Origin: Pirellulales bacterium
GTDB lineage: Bacteria > Planctomycetota > Planctomycetia > Pirellulales > PALSA-1355
Assembly: GCA_963733035.1 (NCBI GenBank)
Contig: CAVTBU010000010.1
Location: 32,001 to 96,000 of the forward strand
Reading direction: 5' to 3'
Length of the DNA stretch: 64,000 nucleotides
This document shows, piece by piece, positions 48,609-57,502 of this stretch. Every line of letters starts with the position of its first letter. Within the stretch, counting starts at the first letter, position 1. The translations under genes were made by a program, and so were the position numbers. Under the pieces are notes generated by a model. The model was not told the DNA's origin and ran no database searches. It saw only the letters and a list, made by a program, of their open reading frames with translations.

Positions 48609-50261
48609 TTGGATTCGACGTCGACACTGTTGCTCGTGACGATCCTGCTGCCGTCGATCGGCGCGCTGGTCGTGCTCGCGCTGGCCGATCAGGGACCGAG
48701 CGGCGCCCGTCAGTCCGCGCTCGTCACGTCGCTGCTGACGCTTGCCGTAGCGGTCGCGCTCGTCTGGAACTTCGATCCGAGCGCGGAAGTTTACGCTCCG
48801 GTGACGATGAGTTGGCTGGGACCATCATCGGGCGTGGACGTCCAGTTCAGCCTGGGGCTCGACGGGCTGAGCATCTGGCTGTTCGCCCTCTCGGCGCTGC
48901 TGCTGTTCACCTGCGTACTGGTGAGCTGGGAGGCGATTACCGATCGCCCGGCCGTGTTTTATTGCCTGCTGCTGCTGTTGGGCAGCGGCATGCTGGGCGT
49001 ATTTGCCGCCCGCGATATCATCCTGTTCTATGTCTTTTTCGAGTTTACGCTCATACCGTTGTTCTTTCTGGTTGGCGTGTGGGGCTCGGAAGAACGCCGC
49101 TACGCCGCCATCAAGTTCTTTTTGTACACGCTGGCCGGCAGTCTGCTCACGTTTCTGGGGCTGCTCACGATCGTGCTGTGGGACTACAACCACTCGGCGA
49201 CCGGCGTGATGACGTTTTCGATTCCCGCTTTGACGGCCGGGCTGGCCGAACATCCGCTGGCACAGCCGTATCAACTGTGGGTCTTCCTGGCGTTGTTCGC
49301 CGGCTTTGCGATCAAGGTGCCGCTGTTTCCGCTGCACACCTGGCTGCCGCTGGCGCACACGCAGGCGCCGACCGCCGGTAGTGTAATTCTGGCCGGCGTG
49401 CTGCTGAAAATCGGCACTTATGGTTTCGCCCGCTTCAGCATTCCGATGTTGCCCGAAGCCACCGCGATGTGCATTCCCTGGATCCTGGTGCTTTCAGCCG
49501 CCGGCATTATTTATGGCGCCTTGGTGGCCTTGGCGCAAACCGATCTCAAGCGATTGATTGCCTATTCCAGCGTTAGCCACCTTGGGTTTTGCATGCTGGG
49601 GCTGTTTGCCCTGACGACGCTCGGCGTCGAGGGGGGCGTGCTGCAAATGGTGAATCACGGCCTCTCGACCGGCGGGCTGTTCGCCGTGGTGGGCATGATT
49701 TACGAGCGGTACCACACCCGCGAGATTCGCCAGTTCGGCGGGCTCGCGCGGCGGACGCCTGTGCTGGCTTTCTTTTTCCTGCTGTTCACACTGTCCAGCA
49801 TTGGCTTGCCGGGCATGAACGGTTTCGTGGGCGAGTTCATGGTGCTGGCCGGCATGTTTCAGCGGGCCTGGACCACGGCTCCGGCCGGATTGGAGATACT
49901 GTACAAGGTGATCGCGGTCGCGTCGGTTTCCGGCGTGGTGCTGGGGGCGTGGTACATGCTGTACCTGGTGCAACGCGTGTTTTTCGGTCCGCTCCGCGAG
50001 CCACACCATGGGGGCGAGCAGGGGCATTCGGCCGTGCGCGATCTGGGCTTTCGCGAACTGGCTGCCCTGGTGCCGCTGTGCGTATTCGTGTTTTGGATCG
50101 GTTTGCAGCCGGATTTCTTCTTGAGCCGCATGCAGAACTCGCTCAAGCCGCTAAGCCACGGGGCACAACAGGCGCTGCTCGAGCGCAACCAGGACATCGC
50201 GCCGGCGGCGCTTGCCCAGCAAACTTTGAGTGCCAAGGGGGAATCGCCGCGTGTCGAATGA
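48609..50261 (+). CDS. nuoM: NADH-quinone oxidoreductase subunit M
   Basis: LGLDGLS, FFEFTLIP, KVPLFPLHTWLPLAH, LLKIGTYG, AYSSVSH, GLPGMNGFVGE; TTG start with GGGAG RBS. Confidence 0.94.
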   Translation: MDSTSTLLLVTILLPSIGALVVLALADQGPSGARQSALVTSLLTLAVAVALVWNFDPSAEVYAPVTMSWLGPSSGVDVQFSLGLDGLSIWLFALSALLLFTCVLVSWEAITDRPAVFYCLLLLLGSGMLGVFAARDIILFYVFFEFTLIPLFFLVGVWGSEERRYAAIKFFLYTLAGSLLTFLGLLTIVLWDYNHSATGVMTFSIPALTAGLAEHPLAQPYQLWVFLALFAGFAIKVPLFPLHTWLPLAHTQAPTAGSVILAGVLLKIGTYGFARFSIPMLPEATAMCIPWILVLSAAGIIYGALVALAQTDLKRLIAYSSVSHLGFCMLGLFALTTLGVEGGVLQMVNHGLSTGGLFAVVGMIYERYHTREIRQFGGLARRTPVLAFFFLLFTLSSIGLPGMNGFVGEFMVLAGMFQRAWTTAPAGLEILYKVIAVASVSGVVLGAWYMLYLVQRVFFGPLREPHHGGEQGHSAVRDLGFRELAALVPLCVFVFWIGLQPDFFLSRMQNSLKPLSHGAQQALLERNQDIAPAALAQQTLSAKGESPRVE

Positions 50262-51906
50262 GACCGTCATCCTGCTGCTGCCAGAAATCATTCTGGTGCT
50301 CGCCGGCACGCTCATCTACCTGGGCGGGGCGTTTCTGCCGTCACGCTCCGTGTGGGGCGGATTGAGTGTATTGGCTATCTTCGCGGCGCTGGCGATGCTC
50401 TATCATCAGGGGACGACCGAGGGGGTGCGCGAAGCATGGGCTACCGGCAGCGTGAGCGGCCCGATCACGATCGATTGGTTTTCCACGGCATTCCGCTATG
50501 GCGTGCTGGCAGTGGGCCTGGTGTTCGTATTGACTGGCTCGCGCTGGTCGCATGCGGGGCAGGGGGATGCCTCGGAATTCCAGGGCTCGCTCTTGATGAT
50601 CCTGGCGGGGCTGAATCTGGTGGCTTTGGCCAACGATCTTGTGATGGTGTTCGTGAGCCTGGAGCTGATTTCGATTCCCACGTACGTGCTGTTGTATCTG
50701 GGGCGCGGCACCAACCTGCTGGAGTCAGGCACGAAGTACTTTTTCTTGAGCATCCTGTCGAGTGCGCTGATGCTCTACGGGTTCAGCTTTCTGTATGGTG
50801 CCGTCGGCTCGACGAGCCTGCTGCGGATTCGCGAGGTGCTGGCCGATCCGGATGCCAACGCGGCGGCCATGGCTTCGTTCAGCCAACTGGCGTTGATTTT
50901 GATTTTCGCCGGATTGGCTTTCCGCCTTACCGCCGTGCCGTTCCACTTTTATGCTCCCGACGTCTACCAGGGGACGAGCAACGCCAATGCCGGCGTGCTG
51001 GCCGTGGTGCCGAAGATCGCGGCGCTGGCCGTGCTGGTACGAATCGTCTACGTGGCCATGCCGGGCCTGGAGCAGTTGGGTTGGCAGCTGACGCTGGCCG
51101 TGGCGATGGTCACGATGACGCTCGGCAATCTGCTTGCCCTGTGGCAGGCGAACGTGCGGCGGATGATGGCCTACTCGTCGATCGCCCATGCCGGCTACAT
51201 GCTGATCGGGCTTTCGGTTGGGTTTGCCGTCGCCGGCGGTGCGACCGAAGCGGAAGCGTTCGACGGCGTGGGCGCGACGTTGTTTTATCTGTTGGTGTAC
51301 GCCGTGGCGACGGCCGGCACGTTTGCCGCGCTGACGTACTTGAGTGGAGATCGCCGGGCCGTGAATGCCGTCGACGATCTGGCCGGTCTGAGCAGCACCT
51401 ATCCCAAAACGGCCGCCGCGATTTCGCTGTTCATGTTCTCGCTGACGGGCCTGCCGCCGCTGGCCGGCTTCTGGGGCAAGTTTGCCCTCTTCACGGGCGC
51501 GCTGGGCGTGGATGCCAAGAATCCCGAGGCGGGAAATCTGTGGCCGTGGTTCCTGGCACTGGCGGTGGTCGGCGTTGTGAATGCCGCCATCTCAGCCGGC
51601 TACTACCTGCGGATCATCGGCGTGATGTATTTCCGCTCGATGGAGAATGAAGCGCCCGAAGGCCGCGGCGGGATCGGAGCCGGCTTCGCCACGGCCCTCT
51701 GTGCGCTGGCCGTGCTGGGCATCGGCGGTTTTCCCGGCCCGTTCGTTGAGTCGGCGAAGGAGGCCAGTCGCTCAGCGAGGGGGGCAGTTGCGCCTGCCGA
51801 AGCAGCGACGGTCGACGCCTCGCGTGTCGAAGATGCTCCGGTAGTACGGCCACCGGCGGAAGCAGCCTCGGTCGTCACGCCGGCGACGCGCCGATCGAGC
51901 CGTTGA
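50251..51906 (+). CDS. nuoN: NADH-quinone oxidoreductase subunit N
   Basis: LLPE, LELISIP.Y, KYF, AVPFHFYAPDVYQG, AYSSIAHAGY, GLPPLAGFWGK, YYLR. Confidence 0.94.
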   Translation: MSNETVILLLPEIILVLAGTLIYLGGAFLPSRSVWGGLSVLAIFAALAMLYHQGTTEGVREAWATGSVSGPITIDWFSTAFRYGVLAVGLVFVLTGSRWSHAGQGDASEFQGSLLMILAGLNLVALANDLVMVFVSLELISIPTYVLLYLGRGTNLLESGTKYFFLSILSSALMLYGFSFLYGAVGSTSLLRIREVLADPDANAAAMASFSQLALILIFAGLAFRLTAVPFHFYAPDVYQGTSNANAGVLAVVPKIAALAVLVRIVYVAMPGLEQLGWQLTLAVAMVTMTLGNLLALWQANVRRMMAYSSIAHAGYMLIGLSVGFAVAGGATEAEAFDGVGATLFYLLVYAVATAGTFAALTYLSGDRRAVNAVDDLAGLSSTYPKTAAAISLFMFSLTGLPPLAGFWGKFALFTGALGVDAKNPEAGNLWPWFLALAVVGVVNAAISAGYYLRIIGVMYFRSMENEAPEGRGGIGAGFATALCALAVLGIGGFPGPFVESAKEASRSARGAVAPAEAATVDASRVEDAPVVRPPAEAASVVTPATRRSSR

Positions 51907-52080
51907 TACGGCATCGGTTTTTGTTTACGGCGACCCGAGCAAGGATTGGCCAATTGTCACCACAGACGGTGGGAATTGCCGCTTTTTTCTCGTCGCGAGC
52001 TGCCGTTGCTGGCAGTTGGTGGAGCTTTTCGGCATAAGCGACTATGCTGGAGGCGGGGCGGAGCTTCACAGAGAAGTCGC

Positions 52081-53448
52081 ATGTCTTCAATTCGACAATC
52101 CGCGACGGAGCTGTCCAGGTTCTTGGACAGTGGCGCGGCGCCGGTTTACGTTCTCGACGAGGACCGGCGAATTATTTTTCTGAACGCGGCTTGCGCCGAC
52201 TGGCTCGGTGTACGGGCCGATGCGCTTGTGGGGCAACAGTGCAACTATCATGCGCCGGTTGCCGACGGTTCGCCGGCCACCGTTGCCGCAGGCTTGTGCC
52301 CGCCGCCGCAGGTCTTTTCGGGCCAGGCGCAACAGGCCGTGGTGAGTTGCCCCCGCGCCGGAGGCGGCATGGTGCATCGCCGCGGATACTTTTTGCCGCT
52401 GGCCCCGGGGGAAGACGAAAGCGCCCCGGTGATGGCGGTACTTGAATGTGCGGATTGCGCGGTGGACGCTCATGCCGAAGACGGCGATTCGCCGCATGTG
52501 TTGCATGAGCAACTGCGCCGTTTCCGCCAGCGGATGGCCGGACGGTTTTCACCTGACCGGTTGGTCGGTCGGCATCCGCTCGTCAATCGTGCCCGCTCGC
52601 AAATCGAAGCGGCGGCTCGCAGCGGGGCCAGCGTGCTGATTGTCGGGCCGCCCGGATCCGGGAAGGAACACGCCGCGAAGGCGATTCACTACAGCCAAAG
52701 CGAGCCGGGCTTGCTGGTGCCGATCGATTGCGCCGTGATGGAAGCGAACCTCGTCCGCTCGACGCTGCGCACGTTGTGTGCACGCCGCGGCAGCCGACCG
52801 CCCGGCAGCACGCTGCTACTGGAAAACGTGGCCCAGTTGGCCGTCGATGCTCAGGAAGAGCTGCTGGAGATTCTTCGTGGTGGCGCTCTGCAAATGCGAC
52901 TCACGTCGACCACGTCCGTGCCGCTCGCGGAGCGGATGGCCGAAGGAATGTTCTCGCAGGAGCTGGCCTGCGCCTTGAGCACGCTGGTGCTGGAATTGCC
53001 GCCGCTGGCCGACCGGATCGAAGACTTGCCGCTGTTGGTGCAGTCGCTCGTCGAGGACTTGAACGTTGGCAAATTGCGGCAGGTCGCCGGTTTCTCGCCT
53101 GAGGCATTGGATCAACTTGCCGCCTATCCGTGGCCCGGCAACATCGACGAGCTGGGGACGATCGTGCGCGAAGTGCACGAAAAGGCGCAAGGCGTCGAAG
53201 TCTCACCGCGCGATCTTCCCAAGACGATTCAATGGGGTGCCGAGGCGGCCAGCCAGGCCAATCGCGGCGACGATGCGATTGTGCTGGAGGAATTTTTGGG
53301 CCGTGTCGAGAAGGAACTCATTGCCCGCGCCATGCGACGTTCGAAGGGAAACAAGAGCCGGGCGGCCAAGCTGCTGGGGCTCACACGCCCCCGGCTCTAT
53401 CGGCGGCTGGTCCAGTTGGGGCTCGAACAGCCCGGTGGTGCCAAGTGA
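52081..53448 (+). CDS. PAS - degenerate NtrC-type AAA+ - Fis HTH regulator
   Basis: PAS-like PVYVLDEDRRIIFLN; Walker A GPPGSGKE; WPGNIDEL; GNKSRAAKLLGLTRPRLYRRL. No GAFTGA; Walker B reads LLLENV. Confidence 0.82.
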   Translation: MSSIRQSATELSRFLDSGAAPVYVLDEDRRIIFLNAACADWLGVRADALVGQQCNYHAPVADGSPATVAAGLCPPPQVFSGQAQQAVVSCPRAGGGMVHRRGYFLPLAPGEDESAPVMAVLECADCAVDAHAEDGDSPHVLHEQLRRFRQRMAGRFSPDRLVGRHPLVNRARSQIEAAARSGASVLIVGPPGSGKEHAAKAIHYSQSEPGLLVPIDCAVMEANLVRSTLRTLCARRGSRPPGSTLLLENVAQLAVDAQEELLEILRGGALQMRLTSTTSVPLAERMAEGMFSQELACALSTLVLELPPLADRIEDLPLLVQSLVEDLNVGKLRQVAGFSPEALDQLAAYPWPGNIDELGTIVREVHEKAQGVEVSPRDLPKTIQWGAEAASQANRGDDAIVLEEFLGRVEKELIARAMRRSKGNKSRAAKLLGLTRPRLYRRLVQLGLEQPGGAK

Positions 53449-53551
53449 TGTTCAACAGCCGGCTCGACCGGCATGAGAACACGTTGGACGGCCGGTTTCG
53501 CATTCCGATTGCTCTTCTCACTGCTTGTCAAAGCCCGGCGGTATTCCTACC

Positions 53552-54028
53552 ATGAAACGCGACCTGCAACCGTTTCCGCCATCCGCGATGACCGCCAAAC
53601 CCCGCCTGATTATTTACGAAAGAATGGGCACCTGGGCCGCTCGCATGCGACCCCACGTGCCGAGCGACATGCAATTGCGCCAAACGCGCTCGTTGGACGA
53701 GTGCACCGGCGAGCTCCGGCAGGCACCCGGTAGTCTGGTGGTGGTTGAAGTGACTGACGTGAACCTCGATGAGGTGCTCGACTTGGCGTCGGACCTGGGA
53801 CAGCGGTTTCCGCACGCGCGGCTAGCGGCGGTGTCGAAACGCGGCAACGAGGCCTACGAGATGCTGTTGCGGGAAGCTGGCGCCGTGCACTTTACCACGT
53901 CGCCGCGAACGGCCGACGTCCTGGCGCGGATGGCCGTGCGACATTCGGCGCGGGTGCCACGGCCACGAACGACGCTATCGTCACAGATTTGGGAGTCGCT
54001 TCCCTGGCACGAAGCGGCCACAAGCTGA
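53552..54028 (+). CDS. Hypothetical receiver-like (pseudo-REC) protein; start 53552 or 53588
   Basis: Alternating strand/helix pattern LIIYE...LVVVE...FPHARLAAV...LREAGAVHF resembling the CheY fold without the phospho-Asp or Lys. Confidence 0.55.
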   Translation: MKRDLQPFPPSAMTAKPRLIIYERMGTWAARMRPHVPSDMQLRQTRSLDECTGELRQAPGSLVVVEVTDVNLDEVLDLASDLGQRFPHARLAAVSKRGNEAYEMLLREAGAVHFTTSPRTADVLARMAVRHSARVPRPRTTLSSQIWESLPWHEAATS

Positions 54029-54148
54029 CAGGGTCGGCCGGACGCAGCCGGGTGTCGGAGGCGGCGACAAAACACGGCGGAGGCGGCGTTGCCGGTCGCT
54101 TCAGCGGTGCCCGACAGTTTTTGACATTCAACGAGGGAAGGATTTTTT

Positions 54149-55228
54149 GTGATGGCTGAAAGCCAACTCGATCGGGCCGCCGTGACCGCGGCGCTGGACA
54201 GTTTCAACGATCCCGAGTCGGGGCGAAGTCTGGCGGCCAGCGGGCAAGTCGGCGATATCGCGATCGACGGGGGAAGCGTTACGGTGACCATTGGTTTGAC
54301 TTCGCACTCGGCGATCTTGCGAGAGGAAACCCTCGCCGCGCTGGAGAAACACTTGCGCGAGAAGCTTCCGGCCGTGGGGGACGTCTCGATCAAGGTGACC
54401 GAACACCAGCGTCCACCAGCGAAGCTGGGGCAAATCGGGCTGACGGCCAAGTCGGTCGTGGCCGTCGGATCGGGCAAAGGCGGCGTCGGCAAAAGCACGA
54501 TTGCCGCGTCGCTGGCGTTGGGACTGGCCCGCGCGGGGAGCAAGGTCGGGTTGATGGATGCCGACGTTTACGGTCCCAGCATTCCGCATCTATTGGGCGT
54601 CAATCAGCGACCGGAAGTTCAAGACGGCCGTATTCAGCCGATTGAAGTCTCGGGGCTGAAAGTCATCTCGATGGGCTTTTTGGTGCCGCCGGGCGAAGCC
54701 GTGGTTTGGCGGGGTCCGATGCTGCACGGGGCGATCACGCAGTTCTTGCGCGACACGGCCTGGGGCGATTTGGACTATTTGATCATCGACATGCCGCCTG
54801 GCACGGGCGACATTGCCTTGACGCTCTCGCAACTGTTGCCGCTCTCGGGCGCGGTGATCGTGTGCACGCCGCAAGACGTGGCGCTGCTCGACGCGATCAA
54901 GGCGGTGGCCATGTTTCGCAAGGTAAACATCCCGATCCTGGGGATGGTCGAAAACATGAGCGGTTTCGTGGTGCCCGAGACGGGTAAGCGATACGACATC
55001 TTCGGCGCCGGTGGCGCAAAGACCAAAGCGGCCGAACTTGGCATTCCGTTTTTGGGCGAAGTGCCGATCACGATCAGCATCCGCGAAGCGGGCGACGAGG
55101 GACGAACCGCGGCGAATTTCGACGACCCGCAGGCGCGGCCTTATCTGCAGACGCTGTGCGAAAACCTGGTGCGAAATCTGGCCGGATCGCGAGACCGGGC
55201 GGGCATTTTGCCGACGCTGACGCTGTAG
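54149..55228 (+). CDS. mrp: Mrp/ApbC/NBP35 Fe-S cluster carrier ATPase
   Basis: GSGKGGVGKST, DADVYGPS, WRGPM, DMPPGTGD, TPQDVAL, VENMS. Confidence 0.94.
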   Translation: MMAESQLDRAAVTAALDSFNDPESGRSLAASGQVGDIAIDGGSVTVTIGLTSHSAILREETLAALEKHLREKLPAVGDVSIKVTEHQRPPAKLGQIGLTAKSVVAVGSGKGGVGKSTIAASLALGLARAGSKVGLMDADVYGPSIPHLLGVNQRPEVQDGRIQPIEVSGLKVISMGFLVPPGEAVVWRGPMLHGAITQFLRDTAWGDLDYLIIDMPPGTGDIALTLSQLLPLSGAVIVCTPQDVALLDAIKAVAMFRKVNIPILGMVENMSGFVVPETGKRYDIFGAGGAKTKAAELGIPFLGEVPITISIREAGDEGRTAANFDDPQARPYLQTLCENLVRNLAGSRDRAGILPTLTL

Positions 55229-55301
55229 GGCTAAGGTGTCTGGTGGCAGTGGTTTAGGAGGATGCCCGGGGGCTTTTGGAAGGGTCTCGTTGAGCGGGCA
55301 T

Positions 55302-55344
55302 AAAAAACTAGAGCCGTTCGGATCTGAGGGACCCGAACGGCTCT
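55302..55344 (-). terminator. Intrinsic terminator (minus strand) downstream of the Lys-rich microprotein
   Basis: 12-bp stem AGAGCCGTTCGG / CCGAACGGCTCT; A6 at 55302-55307 gives the U-tail on the minus strand. Confidence 0.75.
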
Positions 55345-55415
55345 TTCTCGTTGTATTCAGTGCCGCTTTTTCAAGCGGACTTCCGCGGCGAAATGTGCCG
55401 CGAGAAGAGGCGCTG

Positions 55416-55490
55416 CTACTTCTTCTTCTTCTTGGCGGCCTTCTTCTTGGGAGCCTTCTTCGCAGCAGCTTTCTTCTTCTTCTTGGCCAC
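55416..55490 (-). CDS. 24-aa Lys/Ala-rich basic microprotein (MAKKKKKAAAKKAPKKKAAKKKKK)
   Basis: AGGAGG RBS 7 nt before GTG 55490; TAG at 55416; own downstream terminator; AT-rich upstream region. Confidence 0.72.
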   Translation of the reverse strand: MAKKKKKAAAKKAPKKKAAKKKKK

Positions 55491-55851
55491 AGTCCGTCCT
55501 CCTAAAAAAATGTTGGCAAGATCCGTCTCGGTGACCTCCAAGTCACAAAATTGCTCCGAGCGAGTCCTACCTGAACAAAAAACAAAAGCCTTCTCGCCGC
55601 GAAGCAACAATCGCTTCGCAATTGAGAAAACTTCAAACACACCCAAGTTCAGGAAAGATCATGAGTATTATTTGTACACATTCCGAAGAAATGTGCAACA
55701 CGAATCTTGACACGAACGCAAAATTTTTTTGCGTTCGCCAGACGCCCTCGCGCGGTCAGTGATGTGCGTTTCAACAACGATCACATCGTTGCACGCGCGC
55801 TTGTTGTTCGGCGCGAGTTGCAAAGCTTGATTGCATCGCGCGAAGCCGCGC

Positions 55852-56658
55852 TTAATAAATCGCGATCGAAGTTCCATCGGCAAACGTTGCCGTTGGTTTT
55901 TTGCCGCGCTGTGGCAACCACAAAAGATGCCGTTGGGCCGGCGTGCGCGTGCGAAGGTAAAGCGTGCGAACGATCGCGCTGCTCGCCGGCGCGTGCGATG
56001 GACCTTCGCTTGTCCAGGTGCCCAAAATATCGCGCCATGCCCGGCCCCGATGGCGAAAACGTATGTGGATCGGATCGAATCCGTACCAGGTCGGGCAATG
56101 CTCGGCGGTCGCACAGCCGCGCTCGGCCGTTAATCGCCGCACCACCTCGTTGAGCGCGAAAGCGCGTCGGGTAGCTTCGGCCAACGTGATACGGCTCGAC
56201 GGAAAAAACAGCGTGCGCAGCATGCCGAATCGTGCCGGCCCGAGCGCGTGCAGGTTGTCGACCGGCAGCAGCGTGACCGTGGTTTTTGCCTCCAGCGCGG
56301 CGAGCCGATCGAGGCATCTCGCAACCCACTCGGCGATTCGAGCGACCGGCTCCTCGTACAGCAAGTCGTTGCCGATATCGGTCACCAGGGCGGCTGTCGG
56401 CAGGGGATCGGCGGCCGTCAAATCGGGCCACAGGTCGCACGATTCGATACCCGGCAGCCGCATGCCGACGAAACGCGTGGTTCGGCCGTAGGAGCGTCCG
56501 TGTCCGAGGGCGGCAAAAACTTGTTGCGGGCCGCCCCACACCCGATCGGCCGTTTCCAGCACCGTGCCGATGCCCTTGGTCAGATTGCTCGCACCCAGGA
56601 GCACCACGCGCCGCTTGGGGGCAGGTGGCCGCGGCGCGCCTTTTCGGCGGCGGATCAC
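55852..56658 (-). CDS. SGNH/GDSL-hydrolase-like hypothetical protein
   Basis: VVLLGASNL (block I variant), TDIGNDL (block III), FDPIH (block V DxxH); GTG overlaps the upstream stop (GTGA). Confidence 0.7.
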   Translation of the reverse strand: MIRRRKGAPRPPAPKRRVVLLGASNLTKGIGTVLETADRVWGGPQQVFAALGHGRSYGRTTRFVGMRLPGIESCDLWPDLTAADPLPTAALVTDIGNDLLYEEPVARIAEWVARCLDRLAALEAKTTVTLLPVDNLHALGPARFGMLRTLFFPSSRITLAEATRRAFALNEVVRRLTAERGCATAEHCPTWYGFDPIHIRFRHRGRAWRDILGTWTSEGPSHAPASSAIVRTLYLRTRTPAQRHLLWLPQRGKKPTATFADGTSIAIY

Positions 56659-57401
56659 CGATAGCCTCCCCAACCGCCACCGCGGCCGCTGAAGGCCTGA
56701 ATGGCCATGTAGCTGTTGTAGGCCAAATAGCCACAGAAGAAGGTCAGGAAGGCATCGTGCAGTCGAACCCAGGCCAGCACGCCGGCACCAGCCGCTACGA
56801 AGACCGACAGCCAGAGCGACATCTGCAGACCGTCGCGCGGTTGGATCGATTGCAGAATCTCTTGCGAAATCTTGCCGCCGTCGAGCGGCCAGATCGGCAA
56901 AAGGTTCACGAGCCCCCAAAAGATGTTCACGTAGAGCAAATCGACGATGAGCCGATTGAGGTTGTCGTTGCTGAAATATACGAAGCGAACGGGCAGGATT
57001 GTTTCCGGCCAACCCATGGCCACTCGATGACCCGAAGCGACGATTAGCGCCACGATTAGTCCCGCGAAGAGAAAGCCGGCCAACGGCCCCGCAAACGAAA
57101 TGGCGATCTGCTTAAGCGCGCTGCGATCGGTGGGACGATAGGACGCCAGTCCGCCAAAACTATAGAGCGTGATCCAGGGTGCCCAGCCGTAGGCCCGCGC
57201 CACCAAGGCATGACCCATTTCGTGGACCACGACGGAGACGAAGACCGCGCCCACCCACAGGATCATCTCCAGCGGTTGTTCGTTGGCGCACACCCCGAGG
57301 AAGGCGGCCACCAGCCAGAACAGCGGATGCACGCGAATCGGAATGCCGAACGCGCGGAACCGCAGGTCGTAGGCGGTTTGTGGGGGCTCGTTGAAGATCA
57401 C
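56655..57401 (-). CDS. Site-2 protease (M50) membrane metalloprotease
   Basis: GIPIRVHP, VVHEMGH, AGPLAG, NLLPIWPLDGG. Confidence 0.92.
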   Translation of the reverse strand: MIFNEPPQTAYDLRFRAFGIPIRVHPLFWLVAAFLGVCANEQPLEMILWVGAVFVSVVVHEMGHALVARAYGWAPWITLYSFGGLASYRPTDRSALKQIAISFAGPLAGFLFAGLIVALIVASGHRVAMGWPETILPVRFVYFSNDNLNRLIVDLLYVNIFWGLVNLLPIWPLDGGKISQEILQSIQPRDGLQMSLWLSVFVAAGAGVLAWVRLHDAFLTFFCGYLAYNSYMAIQAFSGRGGGWGGYR

Positions 57402-57502
57402 GCTTGGAGAATCTCCCTGGAGAGTGCGAGCGAATGAGATGCTTATGATCAGACGCCAAGAATGGCTCGCCGCCTGAATTGTACACCACCTCGAGTTTCA
57501 GT

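Noticed and set aside
55416..55646. 76-aa version of the Lys-rich ORF, and the CTT run as a mere microsatellite
   Set aside because: The strong RBS points to GTG 55490, and the repeats are interrupted in frame by varied Ala/Pro codons, as expected for a coding sequence.
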